Below, piece after piece: positions 42,332 to 53,513 of a stretch of 64,000 nucleotides of DNA. How positions within the stretch are numbered: the first letter of the stretch is position 1; the number at the start of each line of letters is the position of its first letter. The notes under the pieces were generated by a model. It saw only the letters and a list, made by a program, of their open reading frames with translations, was not told the DNA's origin and did no database searches. Source of the DNA: Rebecca billardiae RCC1528 (Eukaryota; Protista; Haptophyta). The stretch spans positions 3,596,001 to 3,660,000 of the forward strand of contig OZ251224.1 of the NCBI GenBank assembly GCA_965240325.2. Direction: 5' to 3'. A program made the position numbers and the translations under genes.

Positions 42332-44272
42332 ATGTCTGCGGCGGCGCGCGCCGCGGTCGCGCAGAATGCGGCGAAGCAGCGGGCGGAGCAGATGAAGGCG
42401 GGCTGCGCGTCGCTCGCCCCCTCGCCGCTCAAGCGCTCGTACTTCTCGGCCAACTTCGTCGCCACCCCGCCAAACGCCATCTACTCCATCTACGTGGTGG
42501 ACGGCGTCAAGCTGTGCGACTGGCCGATCGAGGAGATGCACGAGTTCCTGGGCACGCAGCGGCAGTGGGGCTCATGGCTGATTCGCGATGATAAGCTCTG
42601 TCGGCAGGTCGTGGCCGTCTTCTGGACCGCGTACGACCACGCGATGGGTGCGCGCGCGCGCACGCCGACGCCGCGGGCATGCAGCTCGCAATGGCTGGCT
42701 GGCAGCGGCCGAGGGTGGCCAGGCACGGATGTGCGGCTGACCCCTCCTCGCGCGCGCGCGCGCGCGCGCGCGCGCTCGAACCCCTCGCCGAGCAGACAAG
42801 TCGCAGGGCGAGGGCAGCGACCCGATGGCCCTGATGCCGTACGCGGGCGAGCACAGGCCACTGACGCTGGTCGCGGGCTCAAACGACTGGATCGCGCCGC
42901 ACCTGATGGACCAGCTGGTCGGCATCCTGATCGAGTACGGGTACGTGCCCGAGCGGCAGGCGAAGGTGCTCAACGCGCTGATCGACCCGTTCAAGTACCG
43001 CCGGCTCGCCATGCACGTCGGCCTGGTGGTGCTGCTCAACGTGGTCATGTGGATCATGTACGGCCTCGACATGATCGACGAGCAGATCCAGGCGGGGAGG
43101 CCGGCGGAGGAGGAGGAGGAGGGCGCGGATGCGAACGGGACGGAGGAGGACGACGGCGGGGACACCAACTCGACGAACACCACCCTCGAGGACGAGGAGG
43201 ACGCGCCCCCGTACAACGCGTTCCCGCTCAAGCAGCACGGCGTGCGGCCGCGCACGACCGCGGGGCTCGAGGGGATCCCGGCCATGCCCTTCTTGCACGC
43301 GGACATCAACCACATCCTGACCAACTCGGTGGGCTTCCTCCTCTTCGGCGTGCTCATCGTGGTCAAGCACGGCATCGCCATCTACTGCACGCTCAGCTTC
43401 TGGCTGTGGGGCTGGACTGGCTGTGCGCGCGCGCGCGCGCGCGCCGTGTGCCCAGCAGCCCAGCAGCGCGCGCGGCCGCGCGGCCGGCGCATGCGGCCGC
43501 GCGGTCTGACGCGCCGGCGCCGCGCGCGCGCGCAGTCTTCGTGTGGATGATTGGGAGAGAGGGCGTGCACATCGGCGCCTCCGGCATCGTGTACGGGTAC
43601 TTTGGCTACATCCTCTCCATCGGCATCCTCAAGCTGCTCGGCTGCCCGCCGCAGTGCACGGCGTGTCAGTGCTCGTGGGACTCGGTGCAGGACCTGGTCA
43701 TCAGCGCCGTGATCATCGGGCTGTACAGCGGGATGCTCTGGGGCGTGCTCACGCCGCCGGAAGACCAGCTGGTCAGCTGGGAGGGGCACCTGATGGGGTT
43801 CGCCGGCGGCGTGATCTACGCGGCCGGGCTGGCGATCTACTTGCGCAATACGGACACGTTCAAGCGCAAGGCGGGGGTGCGCGCGCGCGCCGGCCTCGCC
43901 GCCTTGCGAGCGTCACTGCCCGCGCCGCGGATCGGCACCCCCGCCTCACGCGCGCCGCCTCGCCCGCGCCCGCGCCGTCTTCCGCTCCACCGCGCGCAGC
44001 CACAGGTGGGCGGTCCGCGAGGCCCGACGCTCACGCGACGCCCGGGCGCGGGCTCGGGCGCGGCGGCTGCCGCTGGCGGCGCCACCGAGATGAACTCGCA
44101 TGGTGTGCCTCCCTTCTCGGCCGGCGCGTCGGGGCCACCCGACGCCAATCCGTTCGCGTCAAACGGCGGCGGCCCAAGCCAGGCATCGGGCGGCTTCGAA
44201 ACACACTTCCCGCCACCGTCGGGTGATCCGCCACCGCCGCCGCCTGCCGCATCAGAAACATCGTACGTCTGA
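42332..44272 (+). CDS. rhomboid family intramembrane serine protease; introns 42648-42795, 43423-43535 and probably 43877-44005
   Basis: PFLHADINHILTN; catalytic HIGASG and SWEGHLMG; GT-AG introns restore the frame. Confidence 0.88.
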   Translation: MSAAARAAVAQNAAKQRAEQMKAGCASLAPSPLKRSYFSANFVATPPNAIYSIYVVDGVKLCDWPIEEMHEFLGTQRQWGSWLIRDDKLCRQVVAVFWTAYDHAMGARARTPTPRACSSQWLAGSGRGWPGTDVRLTPPRARARARARSNPSPSRQVAGRGQRPDGPDAVRGRAQATDAGRGLKRLDRAAPDGPAGRHPDRVRVRARAAGEGAQRADRPVQVPPARHARRPGGAAQRGHVDHVRPRHDRRADPGGEAGGGGGGGRGCERDGGGRRRGHQLDEHHPRGRGGRAPVQRVPAQAARRAAAHDRGARGDPGHALLARGHQPHPDQLGGLPPLRRAHRGQARHRHLLHAQLLAVGLDWLCARARARRVPSSPAARAAARPAHAAARSDAPAPRARAVFVWMIGREGVHIGASGIVYGYFGYILSIGILKLLGCPPQCTACQCSWDSVQDLVISAVIIGLYSGMLWGVLTPPEDQLVSWEGHLMGFAGGVIYAAGLAIYLRNTDTFKRKAGVRARAGLAALRASLPAPRIGTPASRAPPRPRPRRLPLHRAQPQVGGPRGPTLTRRPGAGSGAAAAAGGATEMNSHGVPPFSAGASGPPDANPFASNGGGPSQASGGFETHFPPPSGDPPPPPPAASETSYV

Positions 44273-44744
44273 GCGGTGCACACTCACACTGCGGTCGCGC
44301 AGGCGGGAGTCCGTTGGCCACTTGCCAGCCTGTGGGGCACGAGATGGCGACGTGCTTGGCCGCCGCTGGCCGGTGCGGTCCGCGGGCAGCCCATAGGGCC
44401 AGACTCTCCTGTTGTTCAGCAGTCCCCCTGTGCGGCGGCTGCGTGGTGGTGATCGCCCGAGGGCGAGGTGCCAGGTCACGGCCAGTCACGGCGACTCACG
44501 CGGCCACGGGCACACGCCGCGCACGCCGCTGCTCTCATCAGACCGGAGTCAGACAGACCTCACTCCCCAGTGCCAGTCCAGTCCGCACGGTCGTGAACGC
44601 GCGGGCAGTCAACGGTTAGGTGGGCCCACTGGCCACCGTGTGGGATTATAGTGACGCAGAGCGCGAGCTCATGCCTCATAGCGCGATGTTTACTTTCGTC
44701 TCGAGCTGGATTCCAGCCCCAGGAGATGGCCCCTGGCCTTTTTT

Positions 44745-44816
44745 AAATTCCCCTTTATAACGGGCTCCGGTTGATCAGGCTGGCGGCCGAAGCCTCCAGC
44801 CCTACCCTGGCCAGCC
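44745..44816 (-). repeat. 72-bp hairpin-containing dispersed repeat (Helentron-like end)
   Basis: 71/72 identical to 57518-57589. Confidence 0.85.
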
Positions 44817-44899
44817 TGGTTAAAAAACCAGTGGTACATGCTGTAAAAACTGTGCCCTGGCGGGCGGGGGGGTCGGCGGGCCGTGCCGGTGCTGTCGCA

Positions 44900-45300
44900 A
44901 TATTTCCTCTGCGGGTTCGCGTCTTTCATCCACATTCGCTCGTGGCCGTGGATGACGGGCCACAGTCCGAGGGCGAGGACCAGTGACACCTGACTGAACG
45001 CGAAGGCTGAAGTTCTCCCACGTGTACACGTCTGTACTCTGTGCGCATCATGATCAGCGAGGCCCACACCCACGAGGGAATGTGCAGCACGCGGGGCGGG
45101 GCGGGTAGCCCGTTGCTCCGCGCGAGCGCGGGTACGCGCTGTATGTGCCGCATCTCGACCGCGATGGCGTAATCGAGCGCCTCGCCGCCGACGAAGCCGC
45201 CAGAGTAGATCGTGTGCATGTCCTCCTGCCGCCAGCCGAGAGCGGTCGTCGCGAGGACGCTTGCCGATGTCCGCTCCGGGCATGATGGGCTCGGCGCAGG
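44900..45300 (-). pseudogene. Ulp1/C48 SUMO-protease-like remnant, frameshifted and truncated
   Basis: WRQEDMHTIYSGGFVGGEALDYAIAV...RVLHIPSWVWASL..EYRRV, then in another frame FAFSQVSLVL..PVIHGH; resembles the N-terminal half of the Ulp1 catalytic domain. Confidence 0.4.
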
Positions 45301-48300
45301 TCGCGTTGACATCGTACACGGCCGCCACGCTGAGCACGCGCGCGTTGACGTTCACGCGCTCGTCGCTCTTCGCCTCTTCGACAGGTCTGGCGCCCGCGTG
45401 TTCGGCGGCACGAGGAGCTGTTGGTTGTGCGCGCGCGCGCGCACAGCGACAGCGTGTGCCACTCGCGATCGAGAGTGGGCACGAGCTGCTCACGCGCGCA
45501 CACGAATTGCAGCGCATCCGTCACCGGCGTGACGACTTCCGCCTCGTCCCGCAGCGCCTGCGCCATGGACGAGGATGGCGCGGCGATGTTGCATGCTCGA
45601 CGATTCATCTCTCTGCGGATGGCATCACGGGCTTGTCTGTGTCGCGCTGCGGCGAGGGTCGCCAACTCGCGAAGAGGCGGTTGCTGCCACGGCGACAGAC
45701 CCGGGAGGTGCGTCCGCTGCGCGTCGTACGCCGTTAGCGCTGCGCTTCCGTCGCATTGGTCACCGTCGACGCCATGCGCCATGCAGGCCGGACGTGGGCT
45801 CGGCTGAGGGACCGGACCGCGAGCAATGACTGAGTCCGATGCGCGGATTCCGGCGATCGAGTTCAGAAGGCCGCGCCAAATCTTGCGTCGCGTGCGATGG
45901 CGCTTCCCGCCCGCGAGACGCCTCGTGATGAGGGCTTTCTCGCACCGAGCCCGACGCGCGACGGTGGATCGCGCGAGGCGGTCATCGTGCGCAGCGCATG
46001 ATGCTATGGCCGGTGCGAGCTTTCGACGTGCACGTCGGGCGAGGATCGCCCCAGGTCTCACGATCGTGTCGACGCGCCGAGCGTACCGCTCCAAACGCGT
46101 CGATTTAGCCCCCGTTCGACCTGCACGCGAGACGACGAGGGCAGCAATCGCGAATCGGGCGAAAACCCGTCTAGGGAATCCTCGCGTGATGTCCGCGCCG
46201 GCGTTGGATTTGGCGCGCGCCGCCCATGCGCTCCGCGCCATCGGGGAGATGTTTTCGGCCGAGCGTCCCCAGTGGGAGCTGCGAGGGCGCCCGGTAGTGA
46301 GCGAACCGATTTTCTTTTCTCTGCGAGGCGAGTTTCTTTTTCTTTTTCTTTTTCTTATCTTTTCCCCGGGCACTACAAGGGGCGGACCTACGGCCCGCCA
46401 TATAGGGCGGAGTAACGGTGGTCCTATTTACTTATTGGAAATGGCCTGTGACCAATGTAACGGCCATGTAACGGGCGTCTTAAACGTGATATATAGGGAC
46501 AGCTAATAGGGTCGACAGACGTCACTTTGATATAGCACTTTGATGAGCTGATCATATAGGTCTTCAGCAGCATGCACACCCATTGTCACATATACGGCGT
46601 ATATGGGCACTGTGAGAATACGGTATAACGGCCGTTACACCCGTGCGTTACATATACACCGCCATGCTGATCAGCATGGCTGCCATAGTATTTCAGACTG
46701 TTTCAGACTGCTCTCGTAGCAGCCGTACGGCGTGCATGTGACACCTAAGAATTTTTCCAACCCTTCTACCCTCGAAGGACGAGTCTTAAGGAGCCGTGGG
46801 CAAAGATTGAGCCTAACCGAGTCGCGGCGCCAGCCCGCCGGCCGTGGTCAAGGCAAGCAGGAGTGGGGCACGCGGCGCCGGGCACATCCAGCAGCCCGCA
46901 GCTTGAACACGGCGGACAAGGTTCGTCGAGTGCTCATTTGTGGCGTTCAAGGCAGGCACTGCTACGCATCGAATGCCTTTTCTCGTGCTCCGACCTAACC
47001 GTTGCTCTACATTGCGACCAAGCTGTGTCCGAGCTGTCCTCAGCTGGACCGTCCTCTGCCTAACTGTGCGCAACGGCCGATTCGTCGCAGCGCCGAGCTG
47101 GCTCGCCGTGGTGTGCGCGCGCGTAGCGATGTGCACTCATCACCGCTTCCTGCGTGGCAGCAGGGCAAGATATGGCTCACTGGTAAGCTGGTACGCCTGC
47201 TGACCGTGCACCGGCGTCGGTGGCGCCGCCAACGTGCTCGGGCAGGCTCACGAAGGGCTTAAATCACTGTTGAACGGATCAACTGTACTGTCCGCAGCGA
47301 GCACGGCGCACAGCGGATGACCAAGCAGAGGCGGGGCGACTGCTGTGCGGCCGCGCGGGGGAGTAGCTAGGCTCTTGAGGTACGCGTAGAGCCATGACAG
47401 GGCTCAACAAGCGCATCAGCTGCAATCTACCCGGCTCGACGCGCAGCCCGACCTCGTGCAATCGTGTGGCTCGAGGCCCTCCAAGTGGCTCGTAGCCTCC
47501 AAACACCTGAGGAGCGTCGGCACTGAGAGTTAAGTCGAGGCCGGGGAGGTGAGAGACGGCACACGCATCCGCTTTGACCGCTGTTTGACCATCAGATCCT
47601 TCCCCAAGTGCCCACGATCGTGTGAACAGCCACAGCGTTCGGTCACACCGCACAGACTTCCGGGGACCTGACCGACGAGGCGGGCCTCCGCAGGGCCGCA
47701 GAAGTAGCTGGGCATTGCCAGGACACCATGCAGATGCTGTCCCAGTAACGTCCCGGAGTGTCCCAGTTCGTTCACGGGTGTCCCAAGCTCGCGTTGTGCA
47801 CGCATTACAATCCCCAAAGCTGTTCCCGTGTTTGAACGCGCGACTGTCGGCGAGAGATGGCAGACCGGGAAGATGACCCAGGTATGAACCGTTCGCATGG
47901 CTCGTTCCAGAAGGCTACGCAGCATGCCACGGGCGTGCGGCGCAGCGTGCCTCGCATGGCAGGCGGGCAAGCGCGGCGGACAACGCGCTGACGACGCGCA
48001 CAGGTCCATCCCGGTCATCGTTTTCGCGATCGATCGGCTTACCGGACCGGGAGTTCGGCGGCCTGGAAAAAGGGACTTCAAGCGCGAGGAAAAGAGCACG
48101 GCTGCGGTCCGAAAAAGCCAGAGAGATTGTGTTTTCATTTTTTAATTGCTGTGGGCCCACCTACCTCGACAGTCATGCGTCACGACCGACGGCGGCGGAC
48201 GGCTCGGGACCCGGATCTTCACCGGTAATCGGTACTCTCTCGTTTCTGATCTCATCACCGTCTGCTTGAGCTTCACTGACCACTCACCTTTAACCTTTTG

Positions 48301-48359
48301 TTCCTTCTGCCTTCAGCTTTAGCTTAGTTAGCGCTGAGCGGCAAAACCGGACTGCCTGT

Positions 48360-50309
48360 AGGTGGGTCCCTCCCAACTGGGGCGATATTCTGGCGCACTC
48401 AGAATGACGTCCTAGATTTTGTCTCTCACCCAGAATCGACGCTATAAATGCGTCCCATCGGGGCGGAGCAAAAGTTTCGACCTCAAAACCTACTCCGCGT
48501 GCCGTCGCGCGGCCGAGCGCGCGCGCGCCGCGCCAGTAGTGTCACATAGAGATTTTGCGAAGCGTTACTTCATGGTTATGGTGGCTAGATGGCGACATGC
48601 GATCGGAATTACTTATTGACAACCGTTGACACCCGACCGAACCATTTTATGAAGCAAAGAGTGGGGCTCTATGCTGTGCGCTGATACCTCCAACAAACTA
48701 CAGCAAGATCGAGCACATTACCCACTTCATATATAACCACTTACCCGTATATAGTATGAGTGTTACCCACTTTATATTGACTGTGGATGCGGTTCACTAT
48801 ATATTCAAATTCGTTCCGATATGTGGGTACGTTTGTTGGGTCATCGAATAGGCGCCGAGCGACGCGGACACAGGCAACCCGGGCCGCAACCGGACTGCCT
48901 GCGAGTGGCAGTGTTTGTGGCGGGCTGCGTGCCGAGGCACACACCATCGCCCGCCACCGAGCATGCCACCGTCGTCACACGGGAGCCCTCCGCCGTCGAG
49001 GCTGGACTATCAGCCAACGCCACCGCCGGAGCTTGCCGCGTTCGGCGGCTTCCGTGCTCGTACTCCGCGTGTCACCGGTCGTCGTATGCCCACCCGCGTG
49101 AGGCCGCCACCAGTCCATGACTACCGCAGCTGCAGCCCATGCCGCCGACGATGCCTCCTACCATCTTCTCGCCAGGCAGCAATACGATAGGTTCACCGAC
49201 GCTGCTGCTAGGCTGAGAGCACTCAGCCAGTTGGCCGGCGAGACGTCAGATGGTTGAGCTGCTGGCCTAGCCATCACGTTGCGGCTTCCGCTCGCTCAAG
49301 TACACCCAACGTGACGACGAGAACGTGCCGGGCAATCATCAGACATGCGTCTGAGGGGTCTACTACGCCTAGCCGTAGAGTTGCTGAGTACGAGTCTTCG
49401 CAGACCACAAGCGGAACGAGTGGGACCACCCGATGGCAGGAGCAACAGCGTGGGGTGGCACCCGCGCCTGTCAACGCGACCGCGTTCTGTCAAGAATGGA
49501 CCCATATCCTGCGATCACCCTCGAGCACCGCATACTATGCCCACACTCGGCATAGGGAAGGATCGCTGAGCGCCTGCTGCCGCTGTCAAAGGCCCTGCTG
49601 ATCTTCCTGGCGCTAGATCGTGCACACGGATGGCAAGTCGGCGTGCTCGCCGCACATCGCGGCGGCTTCTCAGCATCCCAAGTCCTCAGTGCACCCATCC
49701 TAGGCCTGCTGGTCGATGATTGGTACCAACCCCCACCAAACACGCCCTCTCGGAAGTCGCCAATCGCTCACATGGCTCCCCGAGAGCCCGGGGCTGGCTG
49801 TCGTGCGTTCTCACGAGCAGCTTGCGCGCAGCCCAATTGTCACCTTCACGGTGCGTTGAGCTGCTCAAGATGGCGGGAGCGTCAAGAGTATGCACATGCC
49901 TGATGGTGACCCATGCCTCCCGTCGCCTGACCCGCTTGTAGCGAAAAGTGACCCTGCTCGAAGGCACGGGTCGAACACCTGCCGATCGATTCAAGTTGTC
50001 TGTACGCGTCTAGCCGGGCGAGAGTCAAACATGCCGGCCCGTGCCAGGCGGGGGATATGTGACCACGGATCCCATCCGTGAGCACGCGCAAAGCGCTGGA
50101 GCGCGCGATAGGTGTTGGCAGTAGTCTACCCGACACACGGCGGCTCGGTCGCGCTGGAGAGGCGCTCCGACATCGTCGGGAGCGTTCAGATCGGACCTCG
50201 GCCGGCGGCCCGGCGATTTTCCCGAGCCGCGCCCCGCGCGAAAAGAAATCAGGCCAGAAAACCCGGTAAATGTTTAAAAGACCGCTGGAAAATCGCCAGG
50301 GACCCACCT
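48360..50309. mobile_element. non-autonomous TIR element with a 9-bp TSD ACTGCCTGT (Mutator-like)
   Basis: AGGTGGGTCCCT / AGGGACCCACCT ends; ACTGCCTGT at 48351-48359 and 50310-50318; no intact ORF. Confidence 0.85.
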
Positions 50310-50410
50310 ACTGCCTGTCGTGCACGACGACGGCACGTGACGACGTCACGTGTGACACTGACACTGAACTGTCAGCAGTCTGCTGCGGCGCTGTACAATC
50401 ACGTGATCGG

Positions 50411-51493
50411 CTACCCCGGCCAGCTTGGAGGAGTGGATGGGTTGCCGCCGCCGCTGGATCCATAGGTGGCGCCCGAAATCATGCTGTCGCTCTGCTCTCC
50501 CCAGCCACCGGATGAGCTGGTGGAGCTGCTGTCGCCCTGGAGGTGGCGCCGGCTGCCACGGGCAGCAGCACCGGCTGCAGCCGACTGCAGCCGGCGGCGG
50601 GCCCGCCGCCGGCGGGTTCCACCGGCGTCGTAGGCTAGCCACGGCTCCGAGGCGTCGTCGGAGCGCCCCTCCAGCCACTCGAAGAAGTCATCGCAGCCGC
50701 CGGCGTCGTCCACCTCGGCACTGTACTCGTCGAGCGTGTCGACCACCTCGCCCACCATCATGAAGTTGTGCACGACGGCGGTCGCGTCCGCGGCGCAGAA
50801 GCGCGCGGCCGCGCCCGAGGCGGGGGCGATGTGGCCGGCGATATCCTCCTCAACGGATAGCACGGCGCCGTCACTCGAGCGCACGACGAGCCGCTCGAAC
50901 CCATCCACCTCCGACCATTCCATGGACGCCACTCGGAGCACGCGCTCGGAGACAGCCGCGTCTTTGTGCTCGGACGGCACGTGGATCGAGACGACGCGCG
51001 TGTGCACGATCGACGGGAGGCGGCGGAGGCTGCCGAGGGGGATCTCCATCTCGGCAACGGTGGAGACGATCCGCGTCACGCGCCAGTCGCCATAGCTCAG
51101 CCCGGCGGCGCGGCGCACCTCATACCGCGTGTCGCGCGTGCCGACGACGGTGCTCCCGTTCCCTCCGCGGGAGGTCAACATCGCGCCGTCGACGATGAAC
51201 GTGTCCTTTGTGAGCGCAATCCCCGCGACGCTCATTGCCAGCGACGTACCGGCCCAAACAGCGAGCACGCCCACAAGGACGGCCACGACCCGCTGCCAGT
51301 TCTGGGCGGACGCTCGCCACGTGTCAGCGGCGTCGCGCGCATCCATCAGCTCTCGCACGATCGCTTTCACCTCCTCGCGCGAGAAGCGACCGTCCTTGTC
51401 CGTGTCGAAGCCGGCCATGACCTGCGTCGGGCCACGCTCCATTGCGCCGGAAGAGCTCAACGTCCTCTTCGTCGCGACCACCGAGGTGAACAT
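50411..51493 (-). CDS. EF-hand-containing single-pass membrane protein
   Basis: EF loop DTDKDGRFSREE, then TM segment VVAVLVGVLAVWAGTSLAMSVAGIAL-TKD. Confidence 0.7.
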   Translation of the reverse strand: MFTSVVATKRTLSSSGAMERGPTQVMAGFDTDKDGRFSREEVKAIVRELMDARDAADTWRASAQNWQRVVAVLVGVLAVWAGTSLAMSVAGIALTKDTFIVDGAMLTSRGGNGSTVVGTRDTRYEVRRAAGLSYGDWRVTRIVSTVAEMEIPLGSLRRLPSIVHTRVVSIHVPSEHKDAAVSERVLRVASMEWSEVDGFERLVVRSSDGAVLSVEEDIAGHIAPASGAAARFCAADATAVVHNFMMVGEVVDTLDEYSAEVDDAGGCDDFFEWLEGRSDDASEPWLAYDAGGTRRRRARRRLQSAAAGAAARGSRRHLQGDSSSTSSSGGWGEQSDSMISGATYGSSGGGNPSTPPSWPG

Positions 51494-51599
51494 GGTCGTC
51501 AGGTACTTGTACGATGCCGCCCCCCCCCCTCCCCCCCTTCGCGAGCGCGGAGTCCGAGAGGCGGGACCTGGGTCACCTGGCTGTCTGAAGTTGAAAGTC

Positions 51600-53124
51600 A
51601 TGACGATGGCGGTGGCGCGGCGTGTCCTCGGCGTGGCGGCACTCGCTGCCGCGCTTGCCGCATGGGAGTACACGCCCGAATGGACGGCGAGGCACTCCAC
51701 CGATGTAGATGCCGTGGCACGCACGGTGGCGCGCGACGTCGTCGACTTCTACTCGACGGTTGGCCTCCCACCGCGCTTTCAAAGCTCGTTTGCGAATCCG
51801 TGCTGGCGTAACGGCACGGGAGGCGAGCTGCGCTGCCTGCCGGCGTTCTACATCGTCGGCGGGTACAACTGTGGTGCACGGTTTATGTCTCAGCTCCTTC
51901 TGCGTGGCGTCTCGAGCGTTGCCCAGCCGCGTAAGCCCTTCACCAACCATTGGACGTACACGCCTGCAGCCGCGCCATTTGGCGCGTTCGTGCTGAGCAA
52001 CATGGAGGGCGCCGTCGAGGCGATCGAGGCGGACGGGCGGAAGCTCGCATTCAGTGTGAACCTCGACCTGCTCACGTTCACGTGGGGCGAGTCGAAGCGC
52101 GTGCACCACGCCTTCCACTCCGCCTTCTCCTGGTGCGGCAAGCTGTGCCACCGTGAGCAGCTTCCTGCTGAGTTTGCCGAGCGCTGCAAGGACCGGCGGC
52201 ATTACAAGCTGGACCACTGCGCCGAGATGGCTTGGCGAAACGACGTGGCGACGCCGCCGAACGCAGGTGGGCCGGCGGCCGCCGCGGCCTCGGCCTCCGC
52301 CGCGCCCGCGCCGCCCGAGCTCACGCTGCCGCACCTGATGGCGTTTGCGCACGGCGGCCGGCTGCGCGACAGTGCGCGTGGTCGGCCTCCTGCGAAACCC
52401 GGTCGACCGGCTGTGGGCGGCGTTCTTCTCGTTCGGGCAGTACCACATGCACTACGGGGACAGCGAGAGCGGCGTGCGTGCGTACATGGCGGAGCAGGCC
52501 GGCGCGTTCCGCGCGTGTGCCACGCGGCACGGCGACTGCGCGTGTGCGCTCAAGTTCGAGGCGCTCGCCGCCGCCTACCAGGACCTCTACTACCACTGCG
52601 ACCAGCTGCTCAAAGGGCTGTACGCGCCGTTCGTGGAGGAGTGGCTGCGCGCGGTGGGCGGGCGGGCGAATGCGCACTTTGAGCTGAGCGAAGACTTCTT
52701 CGCGTCGCGTCGGGCGGTGCTCGCGCGCGTCGCCACCTTCAGCGGCCTGCGCGCGACGGACGCTGAGCTGGACGCGATGGCAGCCAAGCCGCACAGGCCG
52801 CCACAGAAGCGCTCGCCTGGCGGGCAGGTGCGCTCGTGGGACATGTCGGCGGCGCTGCGCGCGGAGGTGGAAAGCTTCTATCGGCCATACAACGAGCAGC
52901 TGGCGCGGCTCCTCGGCGAGCCGCGGTACGCGCAGTGGCCCTTGTATGTGCCCAATGACGCGTCGACGGCAGCCGCAGCGGCGCACAGCCGGCGGCGCCG
53001 GCTGCGTCACCTGCGTGAGGACGGTGATTCCGCGGCTGGGCGGCAGTTGAGGACATGGAACGCATCTCTGGTGGCAACCCAGTCACCTGCCCGCCGTGCC
53101 TCGGCTGGCCGTCGCGCGTATTAG
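51600..53124 (+). CDS. Golgi-type carbohydrate sulfotransferase-like (CHST15-like), with a frame change near 52370
   Basis: Signal anchor; NPCW..LRCLPAFYIVGGYNCG (5'-PSB region); LLRNPVDRLWAAF (3'-PB); GLYAPFVEEWL and FYRPYNEQLARLL. Confidence 0.78.
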
Positions 53125-53513
53125 CTCGGCAATGATCATGCCTTCATTGCCAGGCCAGGGGCGCAGCACTCCGCACTGCCCGCAGTAGTGGCGTGACACG
53201 CCGCTGACCGCGCCGCCGATTTGGTTCGTGGGCCGGCCCGGCGGCCCCCGACCCGGGCCCCGCCCCCCCGAGTTCAGAACGGACGAGCCGCCGAGGTGAC
53301 CGAGCAACTGCAAGGGAGAGTTTCAGAGTGCTGCTCATCCTATAGTACAGAGTACTACTGCCAAGGGCTGGTACTTGCTACTGCAGTCTGACGAAGTCGT
53401 TATTCGATCAAGGGCATTCGATTATTCGGCCGGGCCAGTCCGGCACTCAAGAACGGTATTATGGGGGTACGACACGGTCGTACGGACCAAATTCAAAATC
53501 ACCGTCCGCGGTC

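Larger units (their letters stand above)
44617..48163. mobile_element. degenerate or composite TIR element(s) with TAGGTGGGCCCAC ends
   Basis: 13-bp inverted ends at 44617-44629 and 48151-48163, similar to the neighbouring element's ends; no matching TSD; decayed interior. Confidence 0.5.

Noticed and set aside
46700-50200. Transposase genes within the TE island
   Set aside because: No intact ORF or DDE motif recognisable by eye; needs a translated profile search
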